From positions 1 through 64,000 of IMG/VR virus record IMGVR_UViG_2907546677_000002: a DNA stretch of 64,000 bases; one strand, written 5' to 3'. Under the pieces are notes generated by a model. That model worked only from the letters and a program-made list of their open reading frames with translations. It searched no databases and had not been told where the DNA came from. The stretch is from a virus (taxonomy: Duplodnaviria; Caudoviricetes). Made by a program: the position numbers and the translations under genes. This document shows, piece by piece, positions 56,362 to 64,000 of this stretch (the stretch's first letter is position 1; every line of letters starts with the position of its first letter).

Positions 56362-56888
56362 TCCGAGCCGGTCGAGTACTGCGGGGTAGGCGCCGACCTT
56401 GTCGGTGGTGACGAGAGCGCCCTTGCCGATGCGCCCGTTGAGCACCTTGTAGGCGCGTTCCTTGCCGAGCATGCCGCGCCCGGACACCACGAGGAAGGAC
56501 GCGCCCACGTCGTCGATGCCGGTGACGACGCACACCTGCTGCTTGCTCAGGCCGCGTTTCGCGGCCTTCCTGCCGCTCTTGCGGGCCGGGCGGGGTCTTC
56601 CGGTAGCCCTTGTAGCTGTCGCAGAAGTACGTCTCGTCTATCTCAACGCGGTCGCCGGCGACGGCGCATGAACCACGCCGTGCGCAGACCCACTCCACAC
56701 TTGTCCATGCAGTCGCGCAGCGATAGCTGGTCTATGAACGCCTCCACGTAGGTCACCCACGTCTCCACCGGCAATTTGGACATGCCGAGCACACGGCCGA
56801 CGTTGGCCGTGAACGTACGCCTGCAATCCTTGCAGTACCAGCGCTGGCTGCCGCTTCCCGTACGTCCCCTGCGGACGATGCTGTCGGA
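56362..56888 (-). mobile_element. IS1595-family transposase remnant (fragmented)
   Basis: Fragments in three frames: SIVRRGRT..GSQRWYCKDCRRTF...TAWFMRRR; VEIDETYF; RGLSKQQVCV...LVTTD..AY. Confidence 0.8.
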
Positions 56889-56889
56889 G

Positions 56890-57027
56890 GCTAGGGAGTT
56901 CCAACGATGGGTCACCCACGAAGTGTTGTCCACCATCCGCAAACACGGCGTGTACGCCACTGAGACCGTGCTGCAGAAGGCCGTGGACTCCCGACTTCAT
57001 GATCGGCGAACTGGCCGTGGCGGGTAA
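56890..57027 (+). pseudogene. BRO-N/antirepressor fragment
   Basis: AREFQRWVTHEVLSTIRKHGVYAT; lacks its N-terminus. Confidence 0.7.
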
Positions 57028-57028
57028 G

Positions 57029-57304
57029 TCAAGATTCCGGGTCAGATCCCACTGATTCGACTGCCTCGAAGAAATCGGTTCGTGGTATCCCCCATTCCCT
57101 GCAGATGCGTTCGAGGTCCGATGGGGCCCATTCCTTGTCGTATGAAAGCCGGTCCTGCACGTACTTGTTGCTTCGGCCTATGAGTTTCGCCAAGGTTCGG
57201 CCGGAGATGGCTCGTGTTTCGCTCTGGGAGCGGATGTACCGGTTGATGCGTCTTCCGAAGTCGCTGACCTCTATCTTGGTTCGGTTCCCGGTCATGATAG
57301 TCAC
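57029..57304 (-). CDS. XRE-family HTH repressor
   Basis: ISGRTLAKLIGRSNKYVQDRL...EW..SDLE.IC. Confidence 0.75.
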   Translation of the reverse strand: MTIMTGNRTKIEVSDFGRRINRYIRSQSETRAISGRTLAKLIGRSNKYVQDRLSYDKEWAPSDLERICREWGIPRTDFFEAVESVGSDPES

Positions 57305-57320
57305 CTTCTCTTAGCGAATG

Positions 57321-57373
57321 CAATTGAATCTAATTGTAGTCAATAACACGCCAAATATTTGACATTGAATCTA
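57321..57373. promoter_or_regulatory. AT-rich divergent control region with repeated operator
   Basis: ATTGAATCTA at 57323 and 57364; TTGACA at 57359; CAATT-N6-AATTG dyad. Confidence 0.55.
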
Positions 57374-57434
57374 TTTACATGCAATATAAGTACCGGCTTT
57401 AATTAGAGCCATAATCCAAACCAAAGAGGCAACG

Positions 57435-57740
57435 ATGAAAACACCTACCTGGAACGACACCATCAACGGCCGGATTCAAGCCATCGCGCGAATCAACGGG
57501 CTCTCCTCCTACCAAGTGGCTGAAACCATCAAAAAATCCCAGTCGTACGTAATGCAGCGATACGACGCAAAAAGGGAATGGAAGCCATCGGACATTGAGA
57601 ACTTCGCCAAAGCCATGGGGTACAGCATCCTCGAACTCACCGGAGATGACTTTTCCCTGAAGATTCCGACAACAGCGCTTGATCTGCTGGCGTCGACCGA
57701 TACGGGCGAGAACCAGTCGGCCGACACCGGCCGGAACTGA
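57435..57740 (+). CDS. XRE-family HTH (Cro-like), paralog of the divergent gene
   Basis: LSSYQVAETIKKSQSYVMQRY...EWKPSDIE.FA. Confidence 0.75.
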   Translation: MKTPTWNDTINGRIQAIARINGLSSYQVAETIKKSQSYVMQRYDAKREWKPSDIENFAKAMGYSILELTGDDFSLKIPTTALDLLASTDTGENQSADTGRN

Positions 57741-57771
57741 CAGCGCGGACACCTCGAAGGACGTACCTACC

Positions 57772-58884
57772 ATGTCCGCTAACATGAACCAGCCGGAACC
57801 AAAGACGGACGGCAGCGCAAGCTGGATCAAGCTCGACACATCGGTGCTCGACAACGACAAGCTCATCGAATCCGAAGACATATCGCCTGCCGCATGCTGG
57901 CTGTGGATTAAGTCAATCCTCTTCGCATTCCGCAACGACACTGATGGGCACATCACGCCAGCTCAGGCCAGGCGCGTTCTGCTCGCCGAAAAAAGCGATG
58001 TCGAAGTGCTGATCAGGTGCGGGTTGTGGGAAAGAACAAACACCGGAGAATACCTCGTGCATGACTATCTGGAACATCAGCTCAGCCACGATCAGCGTGA
58101 GAATCGACGTGCAAAAAGGACGGCGGCAGCCCATGCCCGTTGGGGACGCCAAGATGCACCTTGCTCAGATGGTGCATTGCAAGGTGCAATGCAAAGTGGT
58201 CAGCAAGGTGCAATGCAAGGTGCATCATCTGACGAAGACTCAAACACCAATGATTCCAACGAAAACACGGAGACCCCTATGCAAGGTGCATCAAAAAACA
58301 ATGCACCTTGCAATGCACCATCGATGCAAAGTGCAATGCAGAGAAGAGTAGAGAAGAGTAGATATAAGAAAGATAACCCTATCGGGTTATCCAAAGAAAA
58401 CAACAACGCAGCATCGAACGGCACCTCATCAGCCCATGAACTCGACGCCTCCGGAAAATCGACAAGCGATATCGCAACGATTCCTGCCGACACCCAATCG
58501 GATGTCGAGCTTGTTCCCGAAGAGAAAACTTCCGGCGAAAGAGAAGCCCCCAAACGTTCCCGCAGGTCGAAGCCGTTGCGTGAGATCCCGGACGACTGGG
58601 AGCCGACCGGTAGGCATCGGGAGATCGCTTTGGAGCGTGGCCTCGACTGCACGGTCGAGGCGGAACGTTTCGTGAACTACTGCAGGGCTCACGGCAAGCA
58701 ATACGGGGACTTCGACGCGGCCTTCTCCAACTGGCTCACCAGCGGGTACACGAAGGGATCCCAGAACACCGGAGGGCCTGCATTGTCCAGGTCGCAGCTC
58801 AACGATCTGGCGAACCGGGACCTCCAGCGGAGGGCGGCATTGGTCGACGCCATGAACCCCGACGGAGGCAATCTCTCATGGTGA
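57772..58884 (+). CDS. phage-type replication initiator (replisome organiser)
   Basis: WIKLD...DK, LW...I...DG, L...GLWE...Y.VHDYLEHQ; central repeat region; C-terminal IPDDWEP...EAERFVNY...DFDAAFSNWL. Confidence 0.75.
   Translation: MSANMNQPEPKTDGSASWIKLDTSVLDNDKLIESEDISPAACWLWIKSILFAFRNDTDGHITPAQARRVLLAEKSDVEVLIRCGLWERTNTGEYLVHDYLEHQLSHDQRENRRAKRTAAAHARWGRQDAPCSDGALQGAMQSGQQGAMQGASSDEDSNTNDSNENTETPMQGASKNNAPCNAPSMQSAMQRRVEKSRYKKDNPIGLSKENNNAASNGTSSAHELDASGKSTSDIATIPADTQSDVELVPEEKTSGEREAPKRSRRSKPLREIPDDWEPTGRHREIALERGLDCTVEAERFVNYCRAHGKQYGDFDAAFSNWLTSGYTKGSQNTGGPALSRSQLNDLANRDLQRRAALVDAMNPDGGNLSW
58154..58340. repeat. iteron-like repeats inside the initiator gene
   Basis: TGCAAGGTGCA/TGCAAAGTGCA direct copies and TGCACCTTGC(A) inverted copies, followed by a purine-rich (GAGAAGAGTA)2 tract. 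Confidence 0.75.
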
Positions 58885-59489
58885 AGCAGCTGACATACAG
58901 CGAGACGGTCCAGATCCTGCGTCGCATCAACGCGCATCACGGCAACGCGCCCATCGACGAACTGCAGGCAAGGGTGTTCCATGACGAGCTCATGGATTCG
59001 ATGACGCTGCGAGAAGCGATAGGGGCCGTCACGAGCTTCTATCGGGACAATCCCGGCTCTTGGATGGGTGTGGGTGACGTGAACCGTCTGGTTCGCGCGC
59101 GCCGCCGTAGCCTGCTGCCGTCCGAGCGCGAGCTGGACGAGATGGCCGTGCGGGAGGGGTTGGACGGGGACGGGGCGTGGGCGTTCCGTCGTGAGCTGGT
59201 GCGTTGCGTGTCGGCGGGGCATCCGGCGTCGGATTCGTATCGGCTGGCGTTGGCGGCGGCCCGTCGTCCGGCGTTGGGTCCGGTCTCGTCTCGCGCCGGT
59301 GGCGTGGTGTCGGCGGGCGGGGAGGGGCGTGGCTCCTCGGTTCCGGTGCGGGTGGGGTCGCTGGCCCCGTATGGCGCCGTCGGACCCCGTGCGGGGGCGT
59401 TTGGCGCACCCTCGGACCTGAGAACGTCGAAAACAGCCCCAGGACCGTCTGAAAAACGAAACACCAATAATTCCTCGTCTTCGACCTGA
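58878..59489 (+). CDS. putative helicase loader/inhibitor (G39P-like) following the initiator
   Basis: MT..E...IL..I.A......W/F...L.......A..AV..FY.......G.V pattern and gene position. Confidence 0.5.
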   Translation: MVKQLTYSETVQILRRINAHHGNAPIDELQARVFHDELMDSMTLREAIGAVTSFYRDNPGSWMGVGDVNRLVRARRRSLLPSERELDEMAVREGLDGDGAWAFRRELVRCVSAGHPASDSYRLALAAARRPALGPVSSRAGGVVSAGGEGRGSSVPVRVGSLAPYGAVGPRAGAFGAPSDLRTSKTAPGPSEKRNTNNSSSST

Positions 59490-59559
59490 AACAGCGTCTA
59501 AGACCCCAAAGAATCGTTTACAAACCCATATAAGCCATCAACCAACAAGGAGAACCATC

Positions 59560-59988
59560 ATGGCCGACAACAACACCAACCTCATCCACGACACGTTCAT
59601 CAACCACCGCCCCCACGGCATGAGCATCCAGGAAGCCGAAGCCACGTGGACGGCATGGGCCGAAACCCACCACGCCGAACTCGACCCCCAGCTGCCCGAA
59701 GCGCCCCGCGGATTCGCCTACGCCGACGACGGCAAGGCCACGCCCGGCGACGACTACCGCGGGGAGATCGGCCTGCTGCACGACGCCACCGCCAACAGCA
59801 TCCAGATGATCGAATACATGCTCAAGCACGAGGACCCCGGCAAGACCGGCACCCTCCTGACCCACACCAAGACCGACCTCGAACATGCGTTCAACCATCT
59901 GAAGAGCATCCTCGCACTCCTCGGATGGACGCCCGACACCGGCGACCACGACGAAGACCAGGCCGACGATGAGCCGGAAGACGAGTGA
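59560..59988 (+). CDS. hypothetical protein
   Basis: AAGGAG SD; 142 aa. Confidence 0.7.
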   Translation: MADNNTNLIHDTFINHRPHGMSIQEAEATWTAWAETHHAELDPQLPEAPRGFAYADDGKATPGDDYRGEIGLLHDATANSIQMIEYMLKHEDPGKTGTLLTHTKTDLEHAFNHLKSILALLGWTPDTGDHDEDQADDEPEDE

Positions 59989-60853
59989 GTCACGGGCGAG
60001 CCGCGCGGCCGAAATGCTGCGCGGCTCCCGCCGCATCAATGACTCGACCATACGCAGAATCGCTGAAAAAACAGGTCTCTCCGACACCATCATCACCGAA
60101 ATCGCCAAGCCCATCCGACAGGCGAAAGCCGAACAGGAGGCCATCGACTCGGCCGAACGGACCCTCGCCGCAGCCGAACGGCGGGTGAGGCGAGAACAGG
60201 CCCCATGCCCGATCTGCAACACCGGTTACGCACATCCGTTCGACTTCGATACGCTCGTTCGCATAGGCTGGAGAAAGAACCCGGACACCGGCGACCGCAT
60301 CCCCGTGAGCATATGGGCGCACCCGTACTTCTGCGAATGCTCCAACCGTCGGTGCGTGGCCCGCAACATCTTCCCCGCGGACAGCGAACGGGAGGCCGTC
60401 ACCCGGTTCGTCAACGGCGACTTCACCCACCCCGGCGCCTACACGGACCTGCATGACGGCACCCGGTACACGACGACCGGGCGGGCCGTGGAGGACGAGG
60501 CCGCCCGACTCCTGCGGCATTATCCCGCCGGACAGGTCAAGCGGCTTGGCTTCGACCCGAAGCTGGTGGACACGCTCGCCCTCCAGCTGACCCTCGACCG
60601 GCTGGGCAACCCGGACGCGGGCGACATGTACGACACGACGCTGATATGCCCTCACTGCGGCGGGACGCTCGAATACCGGGAGGCCGTCAGCCCGGTCACG
60701 CGCCGGAAGGACTGGTGGAGGTGCGCGTGCCGGTCGTGCGGGCGGCGGGACAATGGGTCGCATCCGAGCCGGGAGGAGGCGCGGGAGGCGTTCGCCGGGC
60801 TTTCCGGCTCGACGGGCGACGGCCCGCGGGGATGTTCCTTGGCTGTGGGTTAA
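59969..60853 (+). CDS. protein with HTH-like N-terminus and two Lar-like zinc ribbons
   Basis: CPIC...CEC....C.......SEREAV..F and CPHCGG...CAC.SCG.......SREEA.EAF. Confidence 0.6.
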   Translation: MSRKTSESRASRAAEMLRGSRRINDSTIRRIAEKTGLSDTIITEIAKPIRQAKAEQEAIDSAERTLAAAERRVRREQAPCPICNTGYAHPFDFDTLVRIGWRKNPDTGDRIPVSIWAHPYFCECSNRRCVARNIFPADSEREAVTRFVNGDFTHPGAYTDLHDGTRYTTTGRAVEDEAARLLRHYPAGQVKRLGFDPKLVDTLALQLTLDRLGNPDAGDMYDTTLICPHCGGTLEYREAVSPVTRRKDWWRCACRSCGRRDNGSHPSREEAREAFAGLSGSTGDGPRGCSLAVG

Positions 60854-60950
60854 GGGATTGGGAATTAGCGGGCGTTCCCGTCGAATGTTTTCGGTGGGGA
60901 CGTTTTTCGTGTGGTTGTGTTTGGTGTTTTGTTTTCCCTCACCCACGCTG

Positions 60951-60976
60951 GCGTGATATACTGTAAATGTCTACAC
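60951..60976 (+). promoter_or_regulatory. 26-bp motif copy 13
   Basis: GCGTGATATACTGTAAATGTCTACAC. Confidence 0.8.
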
Positions 60977-60992
60977 AAAAAAAGAGGGCGCC

Positions 60993-61322
60993 ATGAGAAA
61001 CACCACCATCACCACACCAGGCAAAACAAGAACCATCAGCCAAATGGACCCGCTGATCGACGTAATCTGCGAGCATACGGGCTGGAATCCCGACCTGCTG
61101 GACGATCCGTCCGGAGTCCGCCAAGTCCGTGAGGCGACATCCGATCCCGCATGGTGCGCGGACAGCTTCAATGCGGGCGACCGGCTGCGCGAATACCTTG
61201 ACCTGACGGAACGGGAGAACGTGACCTTGGACGTGGACCGTATCCTCAACACCCCGATCAACGAACGGTACGCACACGAATCCCACTATCACGGGCTCGA
61301 ATACATGGAGCCACACCGGTGA
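60993..61322 (+). CDS. hypothetical protein
   Basis: GAGGG SD; first gene after copy 13. Confidence 0.65.
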   Translation: MRNTTITTPGKTRTISQMDPLIDVICEHTGWNPDLLDDPSGVRQVREATSDPAWCADSFNAGDRLREYLDLTERENVTLDVDRILNTPINERYAHESHYHGLEYMEPHR

Positions 61323-61349
61323 AACCATCCCAACGGAAGGAATAAAAAA

Positions 61350-61991
61350 ATGAAAGCACTTGGCGAACAACTGGAACACCAACTACTCGACCGGTTCCAG
61401 TACGATGACCGCCATGACGAAGGGTGGTACGGCCCGGATTCGCCGCGCGTCGGCGACAAGGGTTGGATCACGTGGGAGAACCCGACCGGCGGCGAAGGCG
61501 CATCACGCCCGTTCGAGATCATACGCGACGACGAGCATTATCGCCCCGATGGGACGGGACTGCCCCTCCTCATGGTCGGCATGATGGACGACGGGCGCGA
61601 GGAGTGCGTGATCCGGGACGGCGAAGACGTCAGATATATGAGCCTACTGGAAGCCAGCCTTGGCGACGGCGCATCCCTGACGCTCATGAGCCGCGAACAC
61701 GGCCATGCCCGGTAGCGGGGGAACGTCCACGACGAAGACAGTCCCATCGACCTGACCGCGCCGGACGGCGACCGGGAAGGCACCGTGTACGCACGCCAGG
61801 ATGATCCCGGCGAATGGCGCGTCCACTGCCTGTACGACGGCAAGCCGCTCGACGGCGAACCGGGCGACACCATCACGGACGCGCTACGAAATCTCGGATA
61901 CAAACTGAAGGATGATCGAGTTGATCTGCTGAAACGCTTCCATATCGACGATATGGACGATTACACGGGACGGTTGCCTAGTGGGAAGTAA
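61350..61991 (+). pseudogene. hypothetical gene interrupted by an in-frame TAG at 61713-61715
   Basis: ORFs 61350..61715 and 61785..61991 share a frame, and the intervening codons are open. Confidence 0.5.
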
Positions 61992-62115
61992 CGAGAACCT
62001 AGCGGGAAGTGCACGACTGAGGGGCTAAGGATGCTGTAATCCTAGTGTTTTCAAAGTGCTCTGGCTTCTTGGGGGAGCTCTATTGGTTCCGAATCTTCGA
62101 TAGCTACTGTGCCTA

Positions 62116-62311
62116 CATGGAAATCTAGTGGGCTTGCATGGAAATCCAGTGGGAAGCAGAGAGATGTGTCGTAATCTCAATGATTTCAACGGTTCTCAAA
62201 GATGCCAAGGTGCTCGGTCTTCCGGTGACATGGCGACTGCATGGAAATCTACAGTGCGTACATGGAAATCTTGTGGTCCTGCATGGAAATCTACAGTGAG
62301 ACCATGGAGCT
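62116..62311 (+). repeat. 21-bp-period iteron-like repeats
   Basis: CATGGAAATC at 62116, 62137, 62240, 62261 and 62282; partial CATGGA at 62303. Confidence 0.8.
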
Positions 62312-62616
62312 CGATCGAATGGCTTGGCCGTTACTGATCGAGGGAAAAGTATTGGTGTGAGTCCTTTGGAGAGGTTCCATGCCATTCCAAGATACCTTAT
62401 TTCGGATGCCGCATAGCACCTCACAATAACCAATGGGGCGCACGCTACAAGAGCGCCGCCCCACCTGGTAGGACCCCTGACATAAAATCAAGGCTTTTTG
62501 TTCAATCAGCCGCAAACTTACAGTGCGAAATAGCGCATGTCAAGCATGGAGTGTTGTCGCTATGCTCAATTTGCCGTGAACTTATCACATCCACGGCCAT
62601 GGTCTTGGAAGCCGCT

Positions 62617-62749
62617 AGACTAATGAAATTTTTGTTACCCCAGTAATTTCATTAGTCTTGAAATGCTTGATATATGGCGGTTCTGAAGCTGGGTATGGCC
62701 ACTGGCGAACTAATGTAATTTTCTTAAGTCCAAAAATTACATTAGTTCG
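62617..62749. repeat. two related AT-rich palindromic sites
   Basis: ACTAATG(A/T)AATT-N14-AATT(T/A)CATTAGT at 62619-62656 and 62709-62746. Confidence 0.8.
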
Positions 62750-63062
62750 TTTATATGACGAAAGACACCACGCGGAACTCCGCCATGCGCGCCGCGTCCT
62801 CACGTTCCGCCGGCGAACCGTATATCGACTGGAAGCCGGTGGAACAGTGACCACACAAGACGAGACGCTGGCGTTGGCCCGCGCCCTCCGCGACCGGCGG
62901 GACGATTGTTGAGTTCGGTCAGATCAGTGTCGATCTTGTCGTCCTTATAGGGGTGGCCGGAAATACAACGGCCCGACTCCACGATGAGGCGGTTCATGAT
63001 ATGGCGCATGTCCTGATATGATTGAGCATGTATATACACATGTAAATCAAATGGAGAATATA

Positions 63063-63356
63063 ATGTCAAATCTTACTGTTCCTGTGGATACACTGGTACC
63101 AATCAGCCAATTCGGACGAGGCACCGCCAGCGCCCAATTCACCAAGGTCGCAAACGGTCGACCCGTCACCGTACTGAAAAACAACGAACCCATGTATTTC
63201 ATTCTCAACCTGCATGACTATCGGCGCCTCAACGAAATGGAGGAAGAGAACAAACAGCTCCGGGACCAGCTCGCCAGACAGCAAGTCACAAACAAGGAAT
63301 ACACCCACTCGTTCGACGACCCGTCCCAGTTGGAAGAATACTTCGATGCGCTCTAG
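63063..63356 (+). CDS. Phd/YefM-family antitoxin
   Basis: VPISQFGRG.A...F..V..G.PVTVLKNNEP..Y; GGAG SD; near-palindrome catgtatatacacatg at 63027-63042. Confidence 0.85.
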   Translation: MSNLTVPVDTLVPISQFGRGTASAQFTKVANGRPVTVLKNNEPMYFILNLHDYRRLNEMEEENKQLRDQLARQQVTNKEYTHSFDDPSQLEEYFDAL

Positions 63357-63711
63357 ACTCCGACATATAACCACAATCGGCATGTTTGACAAGGATGTGA
63401 AGGAGCTCAAGAAAAAACACGTCGATCTCAGGCTCCTGATCAAACCCATCCAAGCAATCATGAACAACGACCGCACCCTGCTGGATACGAAATACCGCGA
63501 CCATGCCCTGACCGGCAACTGGGCAGGCTACAGGGAGCTTCATGTCGAAGGCGACTGGCTGCTCATATACTTCATCGACGATGATGACCTCGTGCTTGTT
63601 CTGACCAGGACAAGCACCCATGACGAACTGTATTCGGCGAAAACCCGCGCCAATGATATACGATCGTACAAGAAATCGGAGCGACGGCCAATGAGAGGAG
63701 ACGACGCTTGA
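63346..63711 (+). CDS. yafQ: YafQ/RelE-family mRNA interferase toxin
   Basis: FDKDVKEL.K, KYRDHALTGNWAGYRELHVEGDWLLIY, LTRTSTHDEL. Confidence 0.9.
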   Translation: MRSRLRHITTIGMFDKDVKELKKKHVDLRLLIKPIQAIMNNDRTLLDTKYRDHALTGNWAGYRELHVEGDWLLIYFIDDDDLVLVLTRTSTHDELYSAKTRANDIRSYKKSERRPMRGDDA

Positions 63712-64000
63712 CCCGTATCCTGTTCGTTGGCGACCTGCATGCGAAACCGCAACTATTGCCACGCATCAGCAGGACAGCCGACCGCGTGCGCGCCACTCGG
63801 ATCATCCTGCTCGGAGATATCATGGACGACTGGAGGGCGACCGGTCGTAGTCTGGTCGAATGGGCGGAAACATTCTGCGACTGGGTGGAGGCCGAACGGC
63901 AAAAACACCGGGTGACCGTGCTGATCGGCAACCACGACGTGCCATACATCCTAAAAGCGGACACGCGCGACTACGCTCGGGTTCGTGATTATGGGACTCC
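63708..64000 (+). CDS. calcineurin-like metallophosphoesterase (runs off the window)
   Basis: My translation from TTG 63708 (GAGGAG SD): ILFVGDLH, LLGDIMD, LIGNHD. Confidence 0.85.
   Translation, partial: MTRILFVGDLHAKPQLLPRISRTADRVRATRIILLGDIMDDWRATGRSLVEWAETFCDWVEAERQKHRVTVLIGNHDVPYILKADTRDYARVRDYGT

Noticed and set aside
1447-60976. 26-bp repeats as a CRISPR array
   Set aside because: Copies are kilobases apart, on both strands and promoter-positioned; there are no regular spacers and no cas genes.
62581-62595. DnaA box near the iterons
   Set aside because: TTATCACAT does not match TTATCCACA without an indel.
62660-62705. tRNA 3'-end/att remnant (ttgatatatggcgg...)
   Set aside because: TGGCGG is not followed by a recognisable T-arm complement; too short to support.

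Overview
A 64 kb slice of a large high-GC mobile element. WhiB, DUF4192-like and prophage-type small genes suggest an actinobacterial host, possibly Bifidobacterium (inference). It is most likely a conjugative megaplasmid or ICE with phage-derived parts. No rRNA, tRNA or CRISPR array was seen. Transfer functions are dispersed: an operon of three FtsK/SpoIIIE-like ATPases (13094->4711); VirB4-like ATPase plus lysozyme/CHAP hydrolase (21730->16860); ParA/MinD-like ATPase, putative replication-relaxation relaxase, VirD4-like coupling protein and VirB2/3/6-like membrane proteins (38898->48948); and a VirB8/TcpC-like protein with a secreted HNH nuclease. Maintenance and replication functions include type Ib-like ParA plus RHH partner, Phd/YafQ toxin-antitoxin, DnaB, a RepA_C-like protein, a lambdoid-type initiator with intragenic iterons, and a separate 21-bp iteron block. 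Cargo includes three DNA methyltransferases, a DEDDh exonuclease, RecE-like nuclease plus SSB, pentapeptide-repeat, LPD28-like and Lar-like proteins, and IS605/IS1595 remnants. Three structures stand out. (1) A degenerate octamer (MCGKYNNG) with strict 8-bp periodicity occurs upstream of parA and also in about 120 register positions (hand count) inside a protein-coding gene that ends the FtsK operon. (2) A 26-bp promoter/operator motif (ACGTGATAyACTG-N5-GTyyrCAC) heads 13 transcription units, with one weaker copy. (3) In the C5 methyltransferase, one missing G in a G7 tract breaks two overlapping reading frames at once. All family calls come from motif recognition by eye, not database searches.
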